From: Candidatus Multivorans sp.
GTDB taxonomy: Bacteria > Acidobacteriota > Thermoanaerobaculia > Multivoradales > Multivoraceae
DNA: 64,000 bases
Direction: 5' to 3'
Assembly (NCBI GenBank): GCA_965247095.1
Contig: OZ251997.1
Location: 2,048,001-2,112,000, forward strand
Each line of letters begins with the position of its first letter. Within the stretch, counting starts at the first letter, position 1. The notes under the pieces are model-generated. The model made no database searches, was not told the origin of the DNA, and worked only from the letters and a program-made list of their open reading frames with translations. Both the position numbers and the translations under genes were made by a program. Shown here in pieces: positions 45,268-54,010 of the stretch.

Positions 45268-45834
45268 TCACTCCACGGCGAACAGAGCGCGCAGGCTGGC
45301 TTCGAGGGTCCCTCCCCGCACGTCGAGGCCCACCAACCGGCCGCGGCGGTCGAACAGCAAGGAACGCGGTGGATACTCCACCTGGAAACGCCGCGCCACG
45401 GCCCCGGCCGCGCCGAATCCGTCGAAGACGACCGGCCAGGTGACGCCGTGCCGGCGTCCGAAACTCTGCAGTTCGCTGCGCGCCGCGCGGTCGAGCGAGA
45501 TGGACAGAATGACCAGACCCCGATCGGCGTAGACCGCCCGGGCCCGTTCGAGGTTGGGGAAGTCGGCGAGGCAGGGAGCGCACCAAGTGGCCCAGAACTC
45601 GAGCAGGACGATGCGATTCTCGAAATCGGCCGCGGTCCAGACCCGGCCGTCGACGTCCCGTACTTCGAGGTCGGCCCACAGTTCACCCAACCGGCCCCCG
45701 CGGGCTTCGGGATACGCCGGCGCCTCCGCGTTCGCCGGAGCGGATCCTCCGTCCAGGGCGAACGCCGCCGGCGCCGCCGATGCGAGCGTCAGCGTCGCCG
45801 CCAGAGCCAAACGGAGAACGTCCGAGCGCGGCAC
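45268..45834 (-). CDS. TlpA-family thiol-disulfide oxidoreductase (copy 2)
   Basis: LEFWATWCAPC; GTG start 2 nt after the receptor TAA; paralog of 40870-41436. Confidence 0.9.
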   Translation of the reverse strand: MPRSDVLRLALAATLTLASAAPAAFALDGGSAPANAEAPAYPEARGGRLGELWADLEVRDVDGRVWTAADFENRIVLLEFWATWCAPCLADFPNLERARAVYADRGLVILSISLDRAARSELQSFGRRHGVTWPVVFDGFGAAGAVARRFQVEYPPRSLLFDRRGRLVGLDVRGGTLEASLRALFAVE

Positions 45835-45836
45835 GA

Positions 45837-48140
45837 TTACAGGTCCACCTTCATGCCGACGACGACACTGCGAGGAAACCTCGGTCCGTACACGTAGCTC
45901 GCGTCCCGCTGCGGCCCCCGGTCCAGGTCCCCCTGGTACTCGTCGGTCAGGTTCTTGACCGAGAATGTCGCGGTGATCCTGCGGTCGCCGCCGAGCGCGA
46001 ACCGCCGGGACAGGCCGAGATCCCAGGTCAGGAAGCTGGGGGTGGCGTCCAGTCGATCCTCGGCGATGTAGCCCGCGTAGTGCGGCGCCAGCATCGAACC
46101 CGTGTACCGGAGCCCGGCGAACAGGGTGAGGCCGCGCGGCAGCGGCCACTGCACGCTCGCCGAACCGTAGCGTTCGGGCGTACGGAACCTGCGGGTGCTG
46201 CCGAAGTCGGGCTCGGCGTGGCCGAACTCTGCCCGCTGCCAGGCGTAGCCGGCATCGAAGGCCAGACCGCCGCGCCGGAGACTCCAGCCGACCTCCACGC
46301 CGCGCACCCGGGCGTGGCCGAAGTTGGTGCGGACGAACTCCAGTTCGTCGGTCGCCGGATCGTCCGCCTGCCGGTTGTGGAACAGGTTCTCGATCCGGGT
46401 GTCGAAGAACGTCGAGTCGACGGCCATGGCTACGCGCCGGCCGATCATCGGCCGCCACTCGAGGCTCAGCATCCGCGCGGCCGAGGTCTCCTCACGCAGC
46501 GCGGGATCGTCGCGCACCACCATCGCCTCGCCCCCCAGAAGGGCGATGTGGAGTTGCTCGTCGAACACCGAGGGCGGACGGAAGCCGGCGCTGTGCAAAG
46601 CCCGCAGCGTCAGGTCGCCGCGGGGGGTCCACATCAGCGCTGCCCGCGGCGAAACGATCGTTCTCTGGACCGCGCTGTGCCGGTCCGCACGCACGCCGTA
46701 GAGCAGGGTCAGGCCGTCACCGATGCGGCGATCGTCCTGAACGAAAGCCGAGGTCGAGCGGTAGCTCTCGCGGATGATCCGCCGGTACGCCGGCTGGCGG
46801 TCGTCGATGATGTCGTGCGAGGCCTGCAGGCCGAAGCTGAGAGTGCCGGCGGCGCCTCCGCGGTTGACATGGGAATCGAAGACCCAGAGCGGGTTGCGGG
46901 TCCAGCCGAAGGCGCCCACGTCGCCACCCGCCCCGTAGTAGCTGGCCCGCTCGGTTGCCGCGTGGGATGCCGTGGCTCGCCAGTCCCAGATCGGCGACAC
47001 CGTGTGCAGCCAGGAGACGCTGGCCCCGCTGCGCCGGGAGTCCAACTGTTCCGCGACCTGCGCCTGCTGCGGCGGAAGCTGCACCTGGTCGCCGCCGCGC
47101 CGGAACTCAGCCGTATGGCTGACGTCCGTCGCGAGCCTCGCAGAGCCGCCCATGAAGAACTCGTGGTAGCGCGCGCCTACCACGTCCAGATTGCGGATCG
47201 ACACCTCACTGAAGCCGTCACCGTCCACATCGACCGGCGCCACGCGGTCGATCTGGCCGTAGAACGTCGCCGCACGCTTGGATCCGGGCGCCCAATCCGC
47301 GACCAGGCTGTAGGACGGGCTTTCCGCCGAGCCGCCGGCGCCGCCCATTCGTCCCAAGCGGACATCCACCTCGATGTGGGTGTGGTCCGGGTGGTGCGGG
47401 ATCAGGTTGATCACGCCGGCGACCGCGCCGGCGCCGTAGGCCGGCGAACCGCCGCCCCTGACCACCTCGATGCTGTCGATCAGACGCGCCGGCAACTGCT
47501 CGATGCCGTAGACCATCGCCAGGGACGACACCGTCGGCTGGCCATCGACCAGTAGCTGGGAGTACGGTCCCTCGAGTCCCAAGAGCCGAATCTGCGAGGT
47601 GTTGCAGCTCTGGCAGTTCGACTCCACCCGCACCCCGCGCGTCCACTCGACGGCGTCGGCCAGGGTCCGCGCGACGACGCTCTCGATCCGTGAGCGCGGC
47701 ACCGTCTGCACGTGGAGCGGTACGTCGGCGAGGCGCTTCTCGGTCCGCGTCGCGCTGATGATGACCTCCTCGCCGAAGGCGGGACGGAGGCGGATTTCGA
47801 CTTCGAGCCGGCCCTCAGCCCTCGTTCGGATATCTCGCTCGGCCAAGCCGTAGCCGTCGGCGAAGACGATCAACCGGTGCTCGCCCGCACTCACCGGGTA
47901 CAGACAGAATCGACCGTCCCCCGAGGACACGCTGGTCGAGGCCGAAGTGGTCAAGGTCACCGCGGCGTTGGCGACCGGCCGCCCGGACAGGGACCGCACC
48001 GTGCCGTGAACTCCGGTGTCCTCCGGACAGGCGGCGGCCATTGCCTGCCCAGCAGGCAACAGCGCCAGCAGCGCCAGCGCTCCGATTGCCACGGCGCCTG
48101 CGCCTCGTGGCTTCATTCCGCACCGGGACGTTTTTTCCAT
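45837..48140 (-). CDS. TonB-dependent receptor with CxxC plug motif (copy 2, intact)
   Basis: Signal peptide; ISATRT; ESNCQSCNTSQIRLLGLEGPYSQLLVDG; IEVVRGGGS..YG..AVAGVINLI; KNLTDEYQ..YVYGP. Confidence 0.92.
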   Translation of the reverse strand: MEKTSRCGMKPRGAGAVAIGALALLALLPAGQAMAAACPEDTGVHGTVRSLSGRPVANAAVTLTTSASTSVSSGDGRFCLYPVSAGEHRLIVFADGYGLAERDIRTRAEGRLEVEIRLRPAFGEEVIISATRTEKRLADVPLHVQTVPRSRIESVVARTLADAVEWTRGVRVESNCQSCNTSQIRLLGLEGPYSQLLVDGQPTVSSLAMVYGIEQLPARLIDSIEVVRGGGSPAYGAGAVAGVINLIPHHPDHTHIEVDVRLGRMGGAGGSAESPSYSLVADWAPGSKRAATFYGQIDRVAPVDVDGDGFSEVSIRNLDVVGARYHEFFMGGSARLATDVSHTAEFRRGGDQVQLPPQQAQVAEQLDSRRSGASVSWLHTVSPIWDWRATASHAATERASYYGAGGDVGAFGWTRNPLWVFDSHVNRGGAAGTLSFGLQASHDIIDDRQPAYRRIIRESYRSTSAFVQDDRRIGDGLTLLYGVRADRHSAVQRTIVSPRAALMWTPRGDLTLRALHSAGFRPPSVFDEQLHIALLGGEAMVVRDDPALREETSAARMLSLEWRPMIGRRVAMAVDSTFFDTRIENLFHNRQADDPATDELEFVRTNFGHARVRGVEVGWSLRRGGLAFDAGYAWQRAEFGHAEPDFGSTRRFRTPERYGSASVQWPLPRGLTLFAGLRYTGSMLAPHYAGYIAEDRLDATPSFLTWDLGLSRRFALGGDRRITATFSVKNLTDEYQGDLDRGPQRDASYVYGPRFPRSVVVGMKVDL

Positions 48141-48147
48141 GGATGCG

Positions 48148-48177
48148 ACTATAGTTTTCGTCTACCCAAAATGTCAA
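48148..48177 (-). promoter_or_regulatory. Leaderless sigma70 promoter with an operator-like dyad in the spacer
   Basis: TTGACA-18 nt-TATAGT, 7 nt before ATG 48140. The spacer contains TTTTGG-N5-CGAAAA. Confidence 0.72.
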
Positions 48178-48298
48178 TCGCGTTGACCAGAACAACGAGC
48201 CCCCCTTGACACCGCATCAGGCCAGGACAACGTAGCCCCGCCAGAAGAGCAGCCTGACGGTCCGCGGTCACCGCAGCCTGACCGGAGGCCGCTCCGCT

Positions 48299-48673
48299 CT
48301 AACCAGCACCCATCTTGAAGAAGCAGAGCTTGTTGCCGTCGAGGTCGCGAATGTAGGCGCCGTAGAAGGTTGGGAGCCTCTCGCCGGGCGGGCCCTCATC
48401 GCTGGCGCCGAGCTCCATCGCCTTGGCGTAGAGCTGGTCGACGCTCTTCCTCGAACCGGCGGGGATCGCCACCATGTTGCCGTTGCCCGGCGCCTGCGGT
48501 TCTTTGTTGTAGGGGATGCAGATCGCGAGCATGGGTTGTCCCGGTTTGACGCCGTAGCCCTTGATCCGATCCATGCTGAACATTGTCGTTGCGCCCAGCT
48601 CGCCAAGCAGGGAGTCGTAGAACGCCTCCGCCCGGTCCATGTCGTTGACGCCGATCGTGCAGTAACCCAACAT
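48299..48673 (-). CDS. VOC/glyoxalase family protein
   Basis: GY.TIGVND..A..FYD, GNG.MVA, DEG.PG.R and YGAY.RDLDGNK motifs. Confidence 0.9.
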   Translation of the reverse strand: MLGYCTIGVNDMDRAEAFYDSLLGELGATTMFSMDRIKGYGVKPGQPMLAICIPYNKEPQAPGNGNMVAIPAGSRKSVDQLYAKAMELGASDEGPPGERLPTFYGAYIRDLDGNKLCFFKMGAG

Positions 48674-48763
48674 CGATAGTGCTCCCTCAAGAACGCAACC
48701 GCTGCAACGAGCCGCAACGGGCGGGCCGGAAGATAGCAGCCCGAAACGCTCGAGTCCGTGAAC

Positions 48764-49825
48764 TCAGCTCTCTTCGTCGCCTCCAACGTCTTCGATCAGG
48801 TCGGCATGGCGCAGATCGAGCTTCTCACCGGTGAAGCTGTCCAGCTTGTAGACCCAGGAGCCGTGGTAGTCGTTGAACTCCCGCATCTCCTCCGCCCGGC
48901 TCAGGACGTCCGCCTTCTCCTGGAGCTCCTCGTCGGGCGTGTCCCGCTCGATCTCCACCCGTTGCACCGTGTGATAGCCGCCGATACGGATGTAGCGATC
49001 GTCGCCTCGCCCGGCGACGGACACGATGTAGCCGGCGCCGTCTTCCAGTTCGTAGCGGAACTCGTCGGCGAACGAGAGGTCCGCCACCTCTTCGGCGTCG
49101 GCGAGATACACCTCGGAGAACCGCAGCCGCGAGAGGAAGTTCCTCACCCGGCCGACCTCGCTCGCCTTCTCCCGCTTGCCATCAGGCACCCGTTCGAGCA
49201 CGAGTTCGGCGCCTTCCCCGTCCGCGGTGCTGAAGGTGAAGTCCGGCCCGTCGATGCGCGCCACGTCGCTGCCCGAAACGTCGACGATCTCCTTCTCCAG
49301 GAACTGGTCCGCGGTGCTGTCGATCAGCACGGTCGCCTCGGTCAGGAAGATCGGGTTCTTCTCGCCGTCGAGGCGGCGCACGTAGTTGCCGCTGCCGCCG
49401 TCGAAGCGGTTGCCGACCCGCAAGCGGACCATGTCGTTGCCGGCGGCGTTGCGAAGCGCCACCTCGACGGTGTCCTCGCCGGGCGGTTCGATGCCGAGTT
49501 CCGCCGCGAGACTGTCGCTCGTGCCGACTTCCTTCGCCAGTTCGATATCGAGCAGGTTGCGCACCAACCGGTTCACGCCCTCGTTCCTGGCCTGGTAGTC
49601 GTGGGCCTCCTCCACCATGTAGCGGTCTCCGGCCCGGCTCAACGTGACCTGTTCCCCGCCCTGGATCACTTCGATCTGTGCGATTTCGTCCGCGTTCAGG
49701 TTGGGCAGGAACTTCTGGCCGCGCTCGAATCGCTCGGCGCGCGACACGCTGTTCCAGTAGCTGAAGATGGAAAGGGCCAGCAGCGCCAAGGCCGCCACCA
49801 CCAGTCGACGGTTCAACTGATTCAT
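48764..49825 (-). CDS. DUF4340-domain protein
   Basis: N-terminal TM anchor; LRVGN..GGNYVR motif; last gene of the GldAFG-like operon. Confidence 0.7.
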   Translation of the reverse strand: MNQLNRRLVVAALALLALSIFSYWNSVSRAERFERGQKFLPNLNADEIAQIEVIQGGEQVTLSRAGDRYMVEEAHDYQARNEGVNRLVRNLLDIELAKEVGTSDSLAAELGIEPPGEDTVEVALRNAAGNDMVRLRVGNRFDGGSGNYVRRLDGEKNPIFLTEATVLIDSTADQFLEKEIVDVSGSDVARIDGPDFTFSTADGEGAELVLERVPDGKREKASEVGRVRNFLSRLRFSEVYLADAEEVADLSFADEFRYELEDGAGYIVSVAGRGDDRYIRIGGYHTVQRVEIERDTPDEELQEKADVLSRAEEMREFNDYHGSWVYKLDSFTGEKLDLRHADLIEDVGGDEES

Positions 49826-49837
49826 GCCGATAACTCC

Positions 49838-52039
49838 CTAGCGCCGGCGGGCGCGGTACAGACCGATCAGCAGAACGACGATGGGCATCCACCCGATGAC
49901 GGCGAAGCGCACCATGGACTCCTCACGCTCCAGCGCCTCCCGGCGGCCCTTGCGGATGTCCCGCAGTTCCCGGTTGGCGTCCAGGATCCGTTCGTTCAAC
50001 TCGTCGACTTCTTCCTGCAGCTTCCTCTGGAAGAGAGCCGCGTTGCGCTGGGTGATCTCACCCTGCTTCTCCCGTAGCTCCTCCTGGAAGCTCTCGATCT
50101 CCTCGCGGATCTGCCGCTCCCGGTCCAGCGTGTCCAGCTCGGCCTGGGCCTCGATCTCGTCGAAGCGAAGGAAGGGCCGGCTGATGCCGCTCTTGGCCCG
50201 AACCGACATCAGGTCCTGGGAACCGAGCAGATAGTCGATGCTGTTGAGGACCACCTTGTGGTTGTCGTTCGCGGCCTGGACGATCCCGAACGGGTTCTGC
50301 AGGAAGGCGATCTGGTCGTGGATGAAGTCGACGTCCGCGAACACGACGACCGCCGCCTCTCCACGCTCCTCCTCCGGCAGGGGATCGCGGTGGATGATCT
50401 GCGCGTCGTCCGGCGGCGGGATCTCGATCTCGGGAGGCAGGTTGGGCGGCCGCTCCGCCTCCTTGTCCGGATAGTCGACGCCGTCCGGGAAGGCGGTCGG
50501 CAGCCTGCCGCGCACGACGTACGCGAGCGCCAGCGCCTCTTCTCCCGGCGCGAACGTGTCGCGGAGCTTGGCGCCGTCGTTCAGGTCGGTGTAGGCGAGG
50601 CCATCGCCGCCGCCGAAGCCGGGCAGCACCTCGAGCGTGTTGCCGGAGGCCGTGGTCGAGATCAGGGGCCGCAGTTCGACGCCCACAGGCTGCCCGGCAT
50701 CGTCCGGGCCGCTCTCGCCGCCCTCGCCCGGCTCGGCCTCGGCGCCCTCCGCACCGCCCGCTTCGGCGCTGCCTAGCTCCCGCAGCACACCGGAGAGGAA
50801 GAACCGGGTGTTCGACAGACCCCGCAGCATCGGACTTTCCGCGTCCAGCAGGTCCTCATGCACCGTGGAGTCGACGTTGAGATCGATGATCACCGACTCC
50901 GAGGCGCCGAACTGGCTCATCGGCCGCCGCGCCGCCAGCTCGAAGTCGGCCGCGAACTGGTTGGCCGGGAGTTCCAGGCCCCAGGCCTCGAGCAACGGCG
51001 CCAGGTTGGAGGCCGGCTGGTACTGGAGCGCCATCCAGGGCTGCCGCGGGTTCTGCGGCGGCGTATCGCCCAGAGCGTAGGGATCGAGGAAGATCAGCGC
51101 ATTGCCGCCCGCGGCCACCCACTGGTCGATCGCGAATACCGTCTTGTCGGGCAGCGCTTTGGGGTGGATCACGACCAGCAGGTCGTAGTCGTCACTTGAG
51201 ATCTCGTCCACGTCGGCGGCGACTTGGGAGACGTCGTATAGCTCTTCCAGCACCTGGACCAGGATCCACTTCTGCGCCGGTGTCCGGCCCTGGGCGGCCA
51301 GCATCTGGGCCATCATCGGATCCTGGGCGCCGCCGAAGACCTCCAGGCTCGAGAGAACCCCCACCCGCTGCCGCGCCGGCCACAGCAGACCGTGAATCTT
51401 CTTCGAGATCTCGTACTCGATGTTCTCCTGCTCCTGCGGCCACAGGAACTCGATCGTCTCCTTGCTGCCGGTCTGGGTCTCCAACGCCAGGCCGAAGTAG
51501 AAGAGATCGCCGTTCTGGTTGATCAGCTTGCCGTCCAGACCGTCCTCGGCGGCACGGTCCGCGTCATCGCTGTCGGGAAGCGGGTCGATCGTCTCGACCC
51601 GGATCTTCCCAGCCGCGGCGCGCTCGTACTCGCCCAAAAGGCTGCGCAGGTAGCGCTCGTAGCCGATGAAGTCCTTGACGAACTTGGGCAGCGTCTTGCC
51701 CGCGGTTTCGGAGAAGTAGAGGCGAATGTCCAGCGGCTTGACGCCCTCCTCCTGCATGCGATCGAGGATGGCGTGGGTGCCGTCGGTCAGCGAGTAGAGA
51801 TCGCCGCCGGTGAGGTCGACGCGCCAGCTCTCCAGCCACTCGTTGGCGACGTGGATCGAAAGCACGGTCAACAGACCGATGAGGACCAGCGTCACCGTCC
51901 GGCCCTGCGCCACGGTCATCCCGCGCGGGCCGCGGCCGCCGTCCGGACCGTTTTCCAAGGACGCCGCTCCCGGCGTCCCGTTCGCAGGGGACGCCGCTTG
52001 CGGCGTCCCGCCCTTGACAACGTTCGGTTCGGAAGTCAT
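49838..52039 (-). CDS. GldG-like ABC-type auxiliary component
   Basis: RVDLT...YSLTDGT, IRLYFS, EYEISKKI, IDQWV..GG..LIFLDP and N.IDYL motifs; C-terminal coiled coil and TM. Confidence 0.85.
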   Translation of the reverse strand: MTSEPNVVKGGTPQAASPANGTPGAASLENGPDGGRGPRGMTVAQGRTVTLVLIGLLTVLSIHVANEWLESWRVDLTGGDLYSLTDGTHAILDRMQEEGVKPLDIRLYFSETAGKTLPKFVKDFIGYERYLRSLLGEYERAAAGKIRVETIDPLPDSDDADRAAEDGLDGKLINQNGDLFYFGLALETQTGSKETIEFLWPQEQENIEYEISKKIHGLLWPARQRVGVLSSLEVFGGAQDPMMAQMLAAQGRTPAQKWILVQVLEELYDVSQVAADVDEISSDDYDLLVVIHPKALPDKTVFAIDQWVAAGGNALIFLDPYALGDTPPQNPRQPWMALQYQPASNLAPLLEAWGLELPANQFAADFELAARRPMSQFGASESVIIDLNVDSTVHEDLLDAESPMLRGLSNTRFFLSGVLRELGSAEAGGAEGAEAEPGEGGESGPDDAGQPVGVELRPLISTTASGNTLEVLPGFGGGDGLAYTDLNDGAKLRDTFAPGEEALALAYVVRGRLPTAFPDGVDYPDKEAERPPNLPPEIEIPPPDDAQIIHRDPLPEEERGEAAVVVFADVDFIHDQIAFLQNPFGIVQAANDNHKVVLNSIDYLLGSQDLMSVRAKSGISRPFLRFDEIEAQAELDTLDRERQIREEIESFQEELREKQGEITQRNAALFQRKLQEEVDELNERILDANRELRDIRKGRREALEREESMVRFAVIGWMPIVVLLIGLYRARRR

Positions 52040-52089
52040 CTGTCAAATCCCTCAGTTAGTCCTCGCACCCTCAAGAAACCCTCGCGCCC

Positions 52090-52902
52090 TCAATTCGTCT
52101 TGGTCCGGCTGAGCACCAACATGCCGCAGATCAGCCAGCCGACGGTGAACAGCACGAAGAACAACAACGAGTTCAACTGCAGGAGGCCCCGGGTCAGGGT
52201 CTCGAAGTGGTCTAGCAGGCTGAGCGAAGAAACGACCCGCTCGACGTAGCCGCCGAACCACTTGCCCACGAACTCCTGGGTCTGCGGCACGCCGATCAGC
52301 AGGAAGCCGACCGAAGCGGCAACCGCGAGGATGAACGCGACGACCTGGTTCTTCGACAGCGCCGAGAACAGGAGGCCGATCGCGAGCAGCACCGCCGCCG
52401 CCAGCAGGGAGGCGACGTAGCCCAGGAAGACCGCACCCCAGTCCGGATCGCCCAGCCGGGCAACCTGGAACACCGCCGGCCAGGTCAGGAGCACGGACAC
52501 CGCCAGAAAGGCCCAGCCGGCCAGGAACTTGCCGAGGTACGACCCCTCGAGCGTGATCGGCAGGGTCAGCAGCAGTTCGACGGTCCCGGACCGCCGTTCC
52601 TCCGCCCACAGCCGCATCGCCACCGCCGGCACCAGGACGACCAAGATCCAGGGCACGTAGCTGAAGAGCGCGTCGAGGTTCGCCTCGCGCATCTCCAGAA
52701 AGCGGCCGAAGTCGCGCGACACCATCAGGTAGCCGCCCGCGATCAGGAAGATGACGATGAAGATGTAGCCCAGCGGCGACGAGAAATAACCGCGGAACTC
52801 CCGCCGCAGCACCGCTCTCATCCCGACAAAGCGCAGCGCCAGGGCGCCGCTCGAACTGCCCGCGGCAACCGAGGCCCGCGGCGTGCTCTGGCCTGCGCTC
52901 AT
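52090..52902 (-). CDS. GldF-like ABC transporter permease
   Basis: RREFRGYFSSPLGY and MRLWAEERRSGTVELLLTLP motifs; multiple TM segments. Confidence 0.9.
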   Translation of the reverse strand: MSAGQSTPRASVAAGSSSGALALRFVGMRAVLRREFRGYFSSPLGYIFIVIFLIAGGYLMVSRDFGRFLEMREANLDALFSYVPWILVVLVPAVAMRLWAEERRSGTVELLLTLPITLEGSYLGKFLAGWAFLAVSVLLTWPAVFQVARLGDPDWGAVFLGYVASLLAAAVLLAIGLLFSALSKNQVVAFILAVAASVGFLLIGVPQTQEFVGKWFGGYVERVVSSLSLLDHFETLTRGLLQLNSLLFFVLFTVGWLICGMLVLSRTKTN

Positions 52903-53864
52903 GCCGCCACCCCCCTCGTCACTTCGCGGAACAGTTCGTCGAGCCGCCCCTCCCGCACGCGAACGTCCGCGATCCGGCGCTCACCGACCGTCTCCAGCAC
53001 ATCGTTCAGCCGATTCTCGCCATTGTATGGCTCGACTTCGACCTCGCCGTTCGGCAGCACACGGGCCGCGGCGCACCACGCGGCGGCGGACAACGCCGCC
53101 ACGACCTCGGCGGCGTCGCCGCCTGTGACCCGGAAGCGGACCGCGTTATGGCCGGGCGCCCGAGTCACCAGGTCGTCGGGTGTCGAGTCCACGAGGATGC
53201 GCCCCTCGGACAGGATCACGGCGCGGTTGCACACCCGCTCCGCCTCATCGAGGATGTGGGTCGACAGCACGATGCAGCGGTCGGAAGACAGGCTCAGGAT
53301 CAGGTCCTGGACCACCGCCTTCTGGTTCGGGTCCAGACCGTCGGTGGGCTCGTCGAGGATCAGCACATTGGGATCGTGGATCAGAGCCTGCGCCAGACCG
53401 ACCCGTCGCTTGAAGCCCTTGGACAGGGTCTCGATCGTCTGGCCGCGCACCCGGCGCAGGTGCGTCACCTCGATCACCGAGTCGATCGCGGCCTCCGGCG
53501 CCTCGAGTTCTCGCACCTCGGCAATGAAACCGAGGAAGGCTTCGACGGTCATCTCGCCGTAGGCGGGTGCGTTCTCGGGCAGGTAGCCGATCCGTCGACT
53601 CACGGCGAGCCGATCCTGGGCGACGTCGAGGCCTGCGACCGAAACGGTTCCGGCGTCCGGCTCCAGGAAACCGGTGATCATCTTCATCGCCGTCGTCTTG
53701 CCGGCGCCGTTCGGCCCGAGAAAGCCGAGCACGTCGCCGCGGCGCACCTCGAAGCTGATGCCGTCGACGGCGCGGATCGAACCGTAGTGCTTGGTCAGGT
53801 TGTGGACCGCGATCAGGACTTCGCCATCGGCCCTGCCGGAGTCGGGGTGGTCGGTTTCGGTCAT
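52899..53864 (-). CDS. GldA-like ABC transporter ATP-binding protein
   Basis: GPNGAGKTT, LSKGFKRRVGLAQAL, LILDEPTDGLDPNQ and LSTH motifs. Confidence 0.92.
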   Translation of the reverse strand: MTETDHPDSGRADGEVLIAVHNLTKHYGSIRAVDGISFEVRRGDVLGFLGPNGAGKTTAMKMITGFLEPDAGTVSVAGLDVAQDRLAVSRRIGYLPENAPAYGEMTVEAFLGFIAEVRELEAPEAAIDSVIEVTHLRRVRGQTIETLSKGFKRRVGLAQALIHDPNVLILDEPTDGLDPNQKAVVQDLILSLSSDRCIVLSTHILDEAERVCNRAVILSEGRILVDSTPDDLVTRAPGHNAVRFRVTGGDAAEVVAALSAAAWCAAARVLPNGEVEVEPYNGENRLNDVLETVGERRIADVRVREGRLDELFREVTRGVAA

Positions 53865-54010
53865 TCTCGACTTCTCCGTGAACATTTCTACGCGCCAAGC
53901 CAGCTTGGCTCGCCGGATCTCAACACAGCGGCGCCAGAAAACGCAAGATCCCGGCCAAGCCCGCACGCCGGCCGCCGTCGGAACACTCCGCGGCTCGCCC
54001 TTGCTCCGAG

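Noticed and set aside
45256-45275. Selenocysteine or readthrough at the TlpA TGA (TGActgcta conserved in both copies)
   Set aside because: The active site is an ordinary CxxC, the TGA is at the expected end of the fold, copy 2 stops again 4 codons later, and no SECIS is evident. The shared bases fit a duplication boundary.
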